NCBI RefSeq assembly: GCF_036971445.1
Contig: NC_091470.1
Span: 348,626,001-348,690,000, forward strand
Length of the DNA: 64,000 nt
DNA from: Narcine bancroftii
Taxonomy: Eukaryota
Direction: 5' to 3'
Shown here: positions 38,501-51,764 of the stretch, in pieces
Numbering within the stretch: the first letter of the stretch is position 1
Layout of the letters: each line of letters starts with the position of its first letter
Position numbers and translations under genes: made by a program
Notes under the pieces: generated by a model
What the model was told of the DNA's origin: nothing
The model's input: only the letters and a program-made list of their open reading frames with translations
Databases searched by the model: none

Positions 38501-41500
38501 GAGTGAGTTTGAGCACTACGTGGACTGCTCCTGCTTCTATTTCTAATATTTGTTCTTATCTCTATGCTCACACAACATCCATGTAACACCACAGTTGCAG
38601 GCCCCCCCTTTTACAAGGTACTAAATATTCTTCCAATTGAACGATATTGTGCTTGCAACTCATTCAACTTAGTACGTAATCATCAATGCTCATGATGTGG
38701 TATCCTTTTTCTGGGAAAAGCTACCATAGGTGGCTGTGGAGCCCAAGTCATCTGTTGTGTTTAACGCAGAGATTGAGAGGTATCTGAATAGTCAGGGTTT
38801 CATGGGGAGAAGGCCGGAGAGAGAGGCTGAGTTGGGGAATGGATCAGCTCATGATGGAATGGGCTGAATAGCCTATTCTGCTCCAATATCTATGGTCTCA
38901 TGGAGTATCAATTGCTGGTGAGGTGAAGGCTTTATGGACCACTTCCATCCAGTCCTAAGAGTGACCTTGACCAACCAGTCACCCATTATTTTAATTCCAG
39001 ACAACTTGGTCAGAATGCTACTCCGCTGTAAAACTCTATAACTCTACAACAGATTTTAGATTCAAAACTCAAAGGGAAGATACAAGAGTTACTAACAATG
39101 GTTACCTTGCTGTGCCTGCAGCTCTGTCTTTTCTTGGCAGTGACCAACACTGGCATCCAACTTGAATGCCTATTCCTTACCAAAATGCATAGTCCTTTTT
39201 GCTGGAAAGTTGGCAGCTTGAGTTAAAGGGAGAGGCTGGATATACTGTGTCCTCATTATTAGTCCTGGAGCTCATTAAAATTCCCCTGCCAGCTGGGTGA
39301 TGTTGATGCACTTGTGACTCAATCATTGATGAAATTAAAATTGAGCCCAATTCATAGGTATTACTGAAGCCTGGATGCAGGTTTCCCTGCTTGTCATCTT
39401 TCCTTCAATATCCACTTTACTCCAGGAATAAAAATAATGCTGGCAGAATTTGAAGTGAAGTATGCAATTGTGCAATGTGGTGACCTCTAAAATTTAGCAA
39501 AGCTGCAAGATGAACTTTTTACTCAATTTTTACTAGGTTTTATCTCAATTATTTTAAGAAAATATCCAAATGGAAAATTTAATTGAACTTGCATCAGAAT
39601 AGGCACAGCGAATCACATCCTTGGCCATTCAACCATTGAGCCTAAGGAGACAAGCTCATTATTATGCTCTGAAAATCAGTCCTCTGCACAATGTGCAGCT
39701 GAATACGTTAGAAGTTCAGAGCGAGATTGGATAACTCCAAAAAGATATCCTTTATAAACAATAACAGTAAAAAATACAGAGCCAGTTGTTGAAATAAGCC
39801 TCCTACTGAAGATATACAGAAATCTTTTTGACTCGATGACAACAATTATTTTGCTGAAAAATAACCTAATGTTACAGACAAGTAACATGAGCTAGCGCTG
39901 TTGTGTTTAAGATTGTACATCATGTAATTACATTTGAATGTAACATAATGCTTGCTTCCGGAAGGTGATTTTATGAATTGTTTGTCCAGCTCCTGTCTGG
40001 AAAAGTAAAGGATCAATAAATTAAAAATGAGCTGCTCAAGGAATGAACAGATCAGAGAACCTTAGAACGATAGAACCATTGAACACGACAGTACAGAAAC
40101 AGGCCCTTTGGCCCTTCTAAACTGTGCCAAACTATTATTCTGTCTTGTCCAGTGGTTCTCAGCCTTTTTTTTCCGCTCACACACCACTTCTGTGGTTCAT
40201 AAGGGATTAGTTAAGGTGGCATGTGAGTGGAAAATAAAGGTTGAGAACCACTGGCCATTTCCAATGACATGGACCATATCCCTCCCATCCATGTACCAAT
40301 CCACATTTTGCTGAAATGTCAAAATTGAACATTCATACACCAATTCAGCTGGCAGCTCATTCCACACTCCCACCACCCTTTGCATGAAGAAGTTCCCTCT
40401 AATTTTTTTAAATTTTGACATACTGCATGGTAACAAGTAATTTTGGCCCATGAGCCTGGAACGTTTTGAACGGTGGGAGGAAACCACAGCCTCCAGAGGA
40501 AGCCCACACAGACACGGGGAGAACATACAAACTCCTTACAGAAGACGCGGGATTTGAACCCTGGTCCCAATTACCCACGCTATAACAGCATTACACCAAA
40601 CTTGCCACCCCATGTACCTTTTAAAATTTTCAGCTTTCACCTTTAACCCGTGTCCTCTAGTTTTTAACTCACCTAACCTTCAAAGGCAGTGGGGAAAAGG
40701 TTTAATTTCATTTGAATGCAGTTAGAATTTCAATAATGTTTATTTGTGAACAGAATAACTTAATAAACTAAATTATTTCTGCCTGCAAGAAGTTGATCAA
40801 AACTGTAAAGATATATTTTCTTTTCTTGTATGCTTATATGAAAACACATGCCTTCAATAAATGTGACACCCAACCATGTTCTTTCTGGACCATCCTCCAT
40901 TTTGGGGGTTGTGTACTTAATGTTTAAAAATGCGCAGAATTCCCAAGCAAGAAGGAGATAAATATTTATTATCTGGAGAAATAATTGTTGGCTTGGATTT
41001 TTAGTTTGTGTGGTTCAGATTCTGAAGAGGTGTATTCAAATTATACACACTGGTTTACCTCAAAAAGAAGGAAATCATTGCAGACAATCAAGATTCTGTT
41101 TGATCCTTAAATTATGTTGCCCACTCAAGGGCAATGTTTGTAAATCAGCCCACTACCTGCACATCCTCAACATAGAAAATCAACTAATTTAAACATAAGG
41201 TGCAGAATAAAAATGAGCTGAATATCATTAAACACTGTCAATCTGCAATTTGAATGGTTTATCTTCAATTTTGTTGAATCCATTTTCTACAGTTGAATAC
41301 TTAAAAAAGATAAAGCAAATTTAAAATGCTACCTACTGATCCCAAGAATTAATCCAATTTATCACTATTACTCTAGGCAAGAGGTCAATACATTGCCACA
41401 GAGGACCTAAGAAAGTGGGAGGGAAAAATAGCAAAAATGGATAAGAAAAACATTTATTTATACCTTATTTAATGAATGTTAAATAACAGTAGATTTTTTA

Positions 41501-44500
41501 AAATTTTAATATAAAATATTAAGTCGAGGAAAATACTTTTGGTGAAGACTTTAATACTTTTGGAAAATACTTCAGGTAAAAATACAAGGATGTAAGAAAA
41601 TATTGAACAAAATGTAATATTCAAATGATTTTTTTTAATCTCAGTAACATTCTGGTACAAAATCCGTGGAGCCATTCTGTCTCCACAGATCCTTCAGTCT
41701 TTGAGGCAATATTGTTTTCTCTGTCAAGAGTCTGGAGCCAGTGATCTTGCATGTCAGTGATTTATTGACCTCCACCCGTCATTTGGATGCTACAAAACCC
41801 TACGGTACTCTAAACCTGGGTTCCATTCAGTAATCTTTTCAGATTGATACTCGAAGCAGTGGGCATCAGGCTAAAGTTTAATAATGGTGACAGGTTGGAA
41901 GTTTTTACTCATGTGTTCATTCAACTCTTGTGGAAGAGCACATAGTATTTATTTATGAGTTTCTTCTGAGATTCTACATATCCATGGATGAATTCATCCA
42001 AACACAGATTCATGGGTAAGGTTGTAGAAATAGAAGGTTAGCTCTTTTTCAATAAACATGGTGATAATGAATCATAAATATAACAATAGCATTTTATAAG
42101 TTGCATCTCTTAGGTGATGACCAATGTATCTTGCCAGCATAATACATTTTAAAACGTTTGAAGCTCAAATCACACCACTATCTCGCCATAGAGCATGGAA
42201 ACCCATCCCAACTTGTCCACGCCAACCAAGCTATTCCTGTCTACACCAATATCACTCTGACGTTTTCCTATCCATGTAGTACCAATCTAAACATCTGCTG
42301 AAAATTACAGTTCTCATTTCCACTTCCTTTTTACATCTCATTCCACATACCCACCACCCACTGTACAAAAAAAGGTGCCTCTCAGGTCCTTTATAAAACT
42401 TTCCCTTTTCACCTTAAATCTGCCCTCCAGTTTTAGATTTCCCTATCCTGGGGAAAAGGCACAGAAAGGAACTCTGTAGTAGCCTGAAAGAAAGAGGTCA
42501 TCATGTGGAGAACCCTGATGGTTTCATCAGTAAGACATTGAGGTGACTAATGGTGGAACCTCAGTTGTGGAAATGCTGGAACGACAAATCTCTCTCTGCA
42601 AACCTACAAAGAACCTTCCTGTGCGGTAAACATTTACCTTTTGAGCACCAAAGCCTGGTGAACTTTAGGCATGTTAAATTCTGTCCAAAGTATAAGAATT
42701 GCCTCCAACCAGAGAACTTGGAAGAAGGAGAAGTGAGATTGAACTGTGAACCCAAGAACTTTTCTTAAATTTACACACACATTACATTTACGTGCGCTTA
42801 GAATTAGAAGGGCTCTAAGTTGGGTTAGTTAAGTGAATAGAGATGTTAAAGTTTGATTCTGTTTTCATGTTCAAAGTTGATTAAAAACAACTTTTGTTTA
42901 ATTAACTACTTGTCTTGGTGAATATTTATTGCTGCTCGGTTTTAGGGTTCTTTGGGCTCTGAAACAGGAGAAATTCCCTTATAAACCCAGTTCCAGTAAT
43001 GTTCTGTTTTTTTTATTAAATTAATAAATTTTTAGACATACTACGAGATAATAGGCCCTTTCGGCCCATGAGCCCATGCCGCGCAATTACACCCAATTGA
43101 ACTACAACCCAGTACGTTTTAAACTGTGGGAAGAAACTGGAGCACCTGGAGGAAGCCCATGCAGACATGGGGAGAACATATAAATTCCTTACAGCAGACA
43201 GTGCAAAGATTTGAATCCCAGTCCCAATTGATGGTGCTGCAACAGCATTGCACTAACCGCAAAACAAGCCATGCCACCCAATCTCAATCACAAATTATCG
43301 GATCCCTGGAATCCATTATCAGATCTGTGTTCTACCCACAACCTTTGGAACTTCAATCATTTCCATTGTCTCCTTTCTCCTTGTCCCAATATCAATGGCA
43401 AATGCTTCAGTGTATCAGGATTTGCTCCATTGCCATTAGCTGCTCTTTGTAATACTTCTCTCTGAGGGTTGGTCCTTGGATTGCTTCCTATTCCCAGTTT
43501 ACTCATGTCTTTGAGTGTTGGCTATGGTTTAAATAGGAATATGTGAACCAATGTGTTGATGTTCACTGATTATTCCAAGACTAAAAATAACTGGATAGTG
43601 TATTGTCAAAAGAAAATAAATTCTTGAAAGTGAGGCGGACAATCTAATCAAGCACTTGTCAGAAGTTGTGCTTTGCCCTTTAAACTTGCAATTCTTCCAG
43701 TTTCTTTATGACAGATGCTTTATTGACCTCATGTATGTCATTGAATTCAGGGCCAAAATAACAACATCCAAAATTTGTTCACAGTCTTCTTTTATTAAAA
43801 CAGTGTTTTCAAGGGCATTGATTTGGCACATGACAAAGAGGAGAAATCAACAATACAGGTTCTAATAAGGGAACTTCATTGGCAGACAAGCTGGAACGAC
43901 TGAATGTTATCCTCTCATCCCTAAATCTAATCTGGACTGTACCACCTGCCTTGTGAATGTTACCAAATGTGCCTGATGCACATTATGTTCTCTTATCTGA
44001 ATAAGGCATAAATAAGGATTGGGCTTGAATAAACAGCCTCACTGCAGAAGTCGAAGATGGAACTTTGCCACCCACTGTTCTGTGGTTAATCAACAGTTTA
44101 TTCAGGAAAATGAAATCAAGATCCAAGAATGCAGAACACGTGGTATTATGTTGTGGAAAAATCTAACTTAGGCCGTTGAATTTTTCTTTCAAAACCCCAT
44201 TACTTCTCCTGACGCAAAGCATTTTGGGAACAATGGTGTCACTATGTTTCCAAATGTACTGTTGAACGAGGTTTATCATTCCCTGGAACGCTTCGCAGCC
44301 CAGCTGGGAGACTGTACGGCATAAAGGATGAAAGAAGAATCTGGTGATTGATTAAAGTCGATTTAAGTTGGTAGTAAAACCACGATATTTCCCATCATAC
44401 AATATCAAAACCTCTGGTGTCATTAAAGACATTGCTCTTTTTTTTAACAGAAATTTTACATTATAGATTTAAATTTAAATTTAGAAAACAGCACGGTAAC

Positions 44501-45297
44501 AGGGCCTTCTGGGTCCACAAGCCTGTCCTACCCCAATTAACCTACTTTTTGAAAGGTGGGAGGAAGCTGAAGCATCTGGGTGGAAACGCCACGCAGACAT
44601 GGGGAGAATGTACAAGCTCCTTCCAGACAGTGCTGGATTCGAACCAGGATCACTGACGCTGTAATAGCACTCACCAACCGCTACGTTAACTGTGTCACGT
44701 CATCATCTGATCTTTAAATTAAGACTATTTACAGCATGCTAAATTATTTGAAAAGGTCAAACTAAACTAATATGCCATTATTAAAGTATATATTTGTCAA
44801 AATTTACCTGAAATCTGGAAAAAAAATTCCTCCAACAAATCATTGCTTACTAGCTCTTAGCAATTTTCATGATTAGTTTCTAGTTTAAATTTTAAATTTA
44901 AATTTAAAATTTAGATTTAGACATACAACACAATAACAGGCCCTTACAGCCCACAAGCCCATGCCACCCACATTAAGTTTTGAATGGTGGGAGGAAACCA
45001 GAGCACCTGGAGGACACCCATGCAGACTACGGGGAGAACGTACAAACTATTTACAGAAAGCGTGAGATTCGAACCCCGGTCCTGCTCGCTGGCACTGTAA
45101 CAGCATTGGTCTGACTGCTACACTAACTTTAGAAATCATATTACAACACAATGTAGGATTTCCTTTATTCAACTTCATTTGTTTCACCAGAAATCTGACA
45201 GATTTGAGATGAATAAGTGAGTCAGGTTCTGGGATTGAAGGTGTTCCCTTGACATCACTGTTCGTGTCCTTCTTGGTATTAGAAGCCACAAACCACA

Positions 45298-46231
45298 AGC
45301 CCCTTTCACACTTGGATTCCACTAAATTGTTTGTTCAATGTTCTGGGATAGAAATGGCATGTTTGGCTTTTCACACTTGACCACTCCTAACTGGGACATT
45401 GAATACTTTCACATTTGCAAGGAGACATCCCCGCGGTTAGGACTGTTCTACCTTCTACTGGTGATGTCAGGACACGTCAAGCGATGTTAAACCTGCCCTA
45501 AATCCTGATCAATGTATTATGATCTTATATTTGAACAAAATTAATCATGCCTAATTATAACAGAATTAAGCTTCATGTACAGCACATTATGAACCCTTCA
45601 GTTCCTGTTGTTGTTGTGCCAACCTATATAAACTTTTATAAGGGATCATGGAAATTGCTAGTAAGAAATAGCAATAAACTGGGAGGAAAAGTTGGCGCAC
45701 GATTTATATAGTGTGGGAAAGTTGATAGCCCTATCATGTACAATTTATAAATACTGTGGGAAGAAAGGATGGCAGACCTGCTATCCCAGAATGCTGTGCG
45801 GCAGAGAAATATTTGTATGCATGGCTGCATGCGCAGAGCATTCATGAAGGGGTTTCTCTGTCGTATGATATTCTGGGAATTCAGGTCCACCATTGCTTTT
45901 TCCCACTATCTTTATAAATTGTACACTATAGCGCTACCAACTTTCCCATGCTGTTTAAAAATTGTCCACTATTGCTAATTATTTCCTCTCCCCCGCTGCA
46001 AGTTTAAACCTTCAATTTAATCTTTTCTTCCTTCATGTTCCTGCCCGTTTCGCACTTGAATGATTGCAACGCCGGTATTTGCAAATTGTACTAGGGTTCA
46101 AGGCTGTCAGTCCCCAGTGTGAGATGACATCATCTGATGCTGGAGTTGAGCTGATTTTGCTTTCACACTAGACAATTTAAAGGCCAATTGACCATTAATT
46201 CCTGGGATCACTTGCAAGTGTGGAAGAGGCT
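45298..46231. mobile_element. Harbinger-like MITE enclosing an internal foldback
   Basis: TIR-like ends agcccctttcacacttg...caagtgtggaagaggct, with internal inverted arms at 45713-45810 and 45852-45949. Confidence 0.5.
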
Positions 46232-48039
46232 AAAGAATTCCCACGATAGGTTGATGGAGGGCTCACACTAGATTCTTAACTTCATTTGATGTTGTTGAGC
46301 TCCCTGACTGATTATAAAGGGTTCCACATGGCCTACTTCTGATGGAGCACCAGGCTATAACCAAGACTTATCATCAGGATCAGATGGTCAGAAAGAGTGT
46401 CTTCAACTCTGTTATTTGAAAATAAAATCTCCATTACATTTTCAAAATGATGGAAATGCCTATTAAGCCCCAAACAGTTTACCTTCATCAAATGGACTAC
46501 ATCATTTCAAGCAGAAGATTGTTCAACACTTTCTTAATAACAGAAGGCATGGGGAATAAATGCTAGCCCAGCAAGTAATGCTCATCTCCTGGAATCAATT
46601 ATAAAAATTAATATGGTTAAACTTTATAGATGTAAGAAAACAAGCTGTAAAATTATCATTCATTTTGACAGACAGCCGAGTCCTTGGTTTGACACTTCTA
46701 GTGAAAAACTATTAATGCATATTTCACTCAGTCTGCCTTGCAATTTGAATCCTGATTACGTGCTCGAACAATTTAGTGGGGCCGGATTTCATAACCTTCT
46801 AACTTAGAAAGTGGAGTGTTTCCAAGTCAGCCAAGCTGACAATACTTCAGTTAAAAATCTAATTAAGTAATCTGTTCTTCCTGAGACATTCTTGCAGTCA
46901 TCAATGAAAATCTGCACCAGGATATTTAGTCGGCTAGAAAGCATTTGCAGTATTGAATTTTCACATTATTTGACAAAAAATTTTGGAGCAGCAAAAAATC
47001 TGTCACGTGTTTTGGTCCACAAAGGTTCAAACTGAAATTACTTTTTGTCATACAAAAGTAAAAGCTGCAGCAAGAGAATCCAGGTTGTTACAAACAGAAA
47101 ATATCGACAATACCAGTAGATAAGAAACCTCCTGTAGAAGGAGGATGCAGTTAACATTTCAGGTTGATGACCTTCCAACAGAGCCATGAAAAGGTAGAAA
47201 CAGCACATGCTTGATTGCTCCAAATGGTAAGGCATGGAGAGAACATAGGTCTGGTATATGATGAAACTGAAGACTGAATGACAATGAGAGTATAGTGGTG
47301 GTTTCTCTGGAGACCACCAGTGAGAAGATTAATTAGAGTAGAGGAGAACGTATTAAATGCCGGATTTGTGAAACACAGAGCTCGGCAGTTAATGGCAATA
47401 AAAGAGAATGGAAACACATAACAGGCAGCTTCTTTACGGGATCTGTTCATTGAATATTTAGAAGTTATTGGTTCGCACAAACCCAAACCCTCCCCTACAT
47501 TTTCTGGTCCTTAATGAATGTATTGGTATTGCTTCCTGCTCTCTCTCAGAACTTAGAAGTCTTGTCATCTTTTCACCATTTCATCCTCACCTTCACATCA
47601 CCCATCTAGCATATTTCCTTGGTCTCATGCTCTCAGTGGTCAGTTCAATGTGAGTTTATTGTCATATACACAAGTACAATCCGCAGATGCACCAAAATTC
47701 TTACTTGCTGCAGCCAACAGGTAGGTAAGATCCATCGACTCCACTTGTAAAAGTTTGAATCACAACAAATGCAAAAAAGGAGATAAAATCAAGGAATAGA
47801 TGAATAAATATTCACTTGCAGTTAGTACAAGAGAAAAAGCTAATTTATTTCCTTCCAGTTACATCTCCTCTAGAACGACTGGCTGCAATCAACATTTGTG
47901 TCATTCAGTTCTTGCCAAACTCCACATTATCACTGGTTCAAGTTTCAAATTTAAATGTCTTCCATTTTCTTCAACATTTATTTTGTTCTTTTCACCCTTG
48001 CCCTTTCTCTGAAACAAACTGGAGTTCGACCTTTCCCGG

Positions 48040-48318
48040 TGTGGTGATACAACCACTGGACTGTCTGTGACTGTCCGCGCCTGCCTACTGCAGGGGGCGA
48101 CCCACTGTACCTGCAGGAAGGTAACCTGGGAGGCTGGCTCCTCCTACTTCCTGCCAATCACCTGCCCCATATGAAGGATCCCGCCGACCCCCGGGTGGGA
48201 GTAGAGCATATGAAGTCAGAAAGGATACTGAATCTTGTGTGCCATTTTTAAGCTAATTAAAGCCTGTAGTACAGCCTTCATAATTTGAGCTTGTTTGTTT
48301 GCCCTGCAGTGCATCACA
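48040..48318 (+). mobile_element. Solo LTR (279 bp)
   Basis: TG...CA termini, perfect 5-bp TSD CCCGG, and an ATTAAA signal. Confidence 0.85.
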
Positions 48319-48915
48319 CCCGGGTCATTGGCTCGAAATATTGACCTTTATTTTTCTCTCTCCCCAGGTGTGATCTTGTCTGCTGAAAACTTCCAGCATT
48401 TTCAGATTTTCAGCTTGTATGTTTTTGACTTACTGTATCAACAACTGGCATCCCCCAATTTATGGACATTGCTCCTGAGGCCCCAAACTCTTTAAATCAC
48501 TGCCCAGGCACACTGCATTTAGCTCCAGTCCTTATGCCTGCCTCCCCCCAGAGTTCAGACTCCAGGCATCTCAAAGACATCCGGGTGCTGGCACAGAAAA
48601 CCCAGTAAGTGTCACAATGGTGCCATATGTTAAGCTAGATCTGTTGGATATTGTTTAATACAGAACAAATAAAATGGTAACTCCTAGATTGAAGGATGAT
48701 ACTGGGGTTTAAAAATGGAAAAATATTCCCATCCCCCTGTGATTATTCTTGCTTCTCCCTTTTACAAATGGACCATGGTAGGCCCCAACCTCCCATTACC
48801 AATCAAAAGGAAATTCAGGCAAGCTATGGATAATGCTAAGTTGACCACACAAAGTTTCTTCTGTATTTCATTCTGATTGAGGAGCTTGAAATGTACAGTT
48901 GTGCGATATTAATTA

Positions 48916-49510
48916 CACTGGACAACAAAGATTTTGCTTTCTGAATACTTTTGGGTGTATTTTATGTAGTTTGGACTGCTGATCACAAAAAAAACCTTAG
49001 AATTTTCCTATCATGCACTTTTTTTGTTGATATAACCTTTTTTTGTGATCTCCTGTCATATTTTAAGTCTTGTTCAAGCTAACAAAACCAGGAACTGCAA
49101 CATGTCACTGAAATTCATTTTCTGAATTCACACTTGGACTTCTTCCCTGTTGATCTTGGAGCAGTCAATGACAAACATGTTGAAAGATTTCACCAGGATA
49201 TTGCAACCACAGATATCAGGGCCACTGGAACTCATCAATGCTGGCTCATGCGAGGCATCAGATGCTGAGTACACAGGAAAATCACCCGCAAAACATTATT
49301 TTTTAGGTCTGTTAAACTAATGCAATGTGCCAGCATCATTATGTGATTAAACATGCTTAATTCAATAAAAGTTAATTTAGTGTCTCTTCATCTTCCCACG
49401 TGATACAGCAAATCTGAAATTATTTTTGTGTTCGACTTGAAGAAGTCTATCATAATTCCCAATTTTTCTTCAGGAAGCAAACTTTTTGAAAAAGAAAATG
49501 CTGTCCAGTG
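48916..49510 (+). mobile_element. Both-ends-intact non-autonomous Chapaev3 transposon (595 bp)
   Basis: TIRs cactggaca...tgtccagtg and a 3-bp TTA TSD on both sides. It carries the transposase remnant LKFIF.NSHLDFFPVDLGAVNDKHVERFHQDI, homologous to 25412-26202 in the opposite orientation. Confidence 0.8.
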
Positions 49511-50696
49511 TTATGAATGAAAAGGATATAGTAAGATTTTAAAAATAAGTCAAGCTAAAAATCACACTTTTCAACAAAAAAATGTTTGGGCTAATGTTAC
49601 CTGATGCCTCATCTCTTGCTTTGTTGCTGTATCCATGGGGGGGGGGGGGTTGTTGGCACGATGTGTGTGTTGCAGACTGAAACAAAAGGCTGAACTACAA
49701 TAAGACATTTAACAGCAGGAAGTGTAGAGAAACCCCAAGTACTGCAAGAGCAAAATGGCAAGTGTTTTCATGCATGCAGCATGTGAGCAAATAAACAAAA
49801 CAAAATCAGAAACCAAGGGATTTTAGTCCAAAGACACAGACCAGAGAACTGAAAAGAAATTACCCAGAGACAGGTCACATGAACAGGAAAATTCATTTGA
49901 ATCTGGGATATTGAATTTGTCAAACATTGTTCAACTTGTTAAGCATAGTTGTATTGTATTACTTATCTTCTGTTCTTATGATCAGTCTTTGAACAGTTAA
50001 AACAAATTGTGGTCTATTTTGAAACAATAAAATTACTGTGCTGGGATTAGTGTTAAATTGAACATCCATTTTGTATTCCAAAGGCAAAATCTTACAGTAC
50101 CTTGGCATACAGAAATTACATGAATAGATTCCTCTTAAAAAAATACCTCAAAATGGAGACTGAAGTGTCTCTGAAGATGGATTCATGTAAATTCATTTCT
50201 TAAATGTGGTGTGGCAAATGCACCATCCCTCTCCAGAATGAAAGCAAAATGAGGCAAACTTAATCTGAATGTGACCTGCTGATAATTGGGATGATATTAT
50301 CAGTCAAGCAGATTTTAAAGATAATCTATAAATAGGCAAAAAATGAAAGCAGACAAATGTCAGAAATTTGGTAATGGAGCATTTGGATAAAAGCAGTCAT
50401 TTTTAGTGGAAGATTACAAGTGATGTTCAAAATTAAAAGAGGTACTGAGAAGACAAACAGGAAAACATTATACCCTCCGGCACTGAATTAGTAACAGGAT
50501 GTGAAAAATTCAGAAAGATGTTTGATTCTTTACCAGAATTAATGATAGAAGCAATATCCTTAATCACTTAGAAAATGAGGGGATGTGAGGATTGGAAAGG
50601 AAGAGATTTAAAGGAAATGATACGATAATGGAAGTAGAACATCGAACATACAGCACAGTACAGGCCCTTCAGTCCACGATGTTATGCTGTCCTTCC

Positions 50697-50729
<33 letters not shown>

Positions 50730-50767
50730 TACACGCGTGCACACGCACCACATCCACCACATCCACT

Positions 50768-51757
50768 CTGACCTTTTTTACCCACCTTCACTCAATCCAT
50801 TTGCCCACTTCAGGTACCTATCTTTACTAACATCTCTTAAACCTAGTGATTTCATCTGATTTGCACCAGCATTTAGAAATGAGGACAGATATATCAAATA
50901 TATCCGCCCTCTCAAATTCTCTTTGAAACTGAATAGTGCTTTCAGAGGTTCATCTCAAATACAATGAACCAATGTTCTCTATTTTAGCTGCTAAGCTTCA
51001 TGATTAAAAATCTAGATTCTTGCCAAATAAATGTATGTTCTCAGCAAAGGCCGTTCAGAACATAATTTGTCTCTGTACTTTGGGAAAGCTTTAACCCTTT
51101 TCTTTTCCTTCAAACAGTTGTGGGGCGACGTCTGAGCACAAGCCATCTCTCGTGCCATCATTTTCTCCAGCTGCAGTTCGCTTTACTGATTGAAAGTCAC
51201 CTTCCATTGTTTTCTGCTGTAGTCTGCACCATTAACCACTCAATATTGACCTCTAGAAATGTAACTGAATCCTTGGAACATGGTAATATCCAGTTCATAT
51301 GTTGTAATGGGGACGGGGATTGTCACAGAATGATAGGACGCCTTCTGGTCCTGTCTCTGTCTCCATTTCACAGACAAAGTATCTAGTGACATTCATTTCA
51401 AACCCACTGACTCCCTCAGCTACATCGCCTACCACACAGTTTCTTGTAGGGATGCCATCCCTACCTCAGTTTCTATGTCTTCACTGCATCTTCTCTTGTT
51501 TCAGTTCCATAGGATCCAAAATGTTTTTGATTTTTAGCAAACAGGGTCTGGTCTACCATGGGTGATGGAGTCTTCATCACATTTCCTCTATTTTTTCTGC
51601 TCTCACTCTTCCTTCAAGTTCAATATCATCTGAATGTATATATACGACTGATGTAACAGTGTTTCTCTGGACCAAAGTGGACACATAATTATAATTTAGT
51701 ACATTATGATCACAGATTATACATAAATATATAATTTAAAATAAATAAATGTATAAA
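50768..51757 (+). repeat. Copy 1 of a ~1-kb local direct duplication
   Basis: Collinear with 56182-56520 joined to 58465-59130. It includes a Penelope RT fragment (tttcaaacccactgactccc). Confidence 0.85.
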
Positions 51758-51764
51758 CTTGTCT

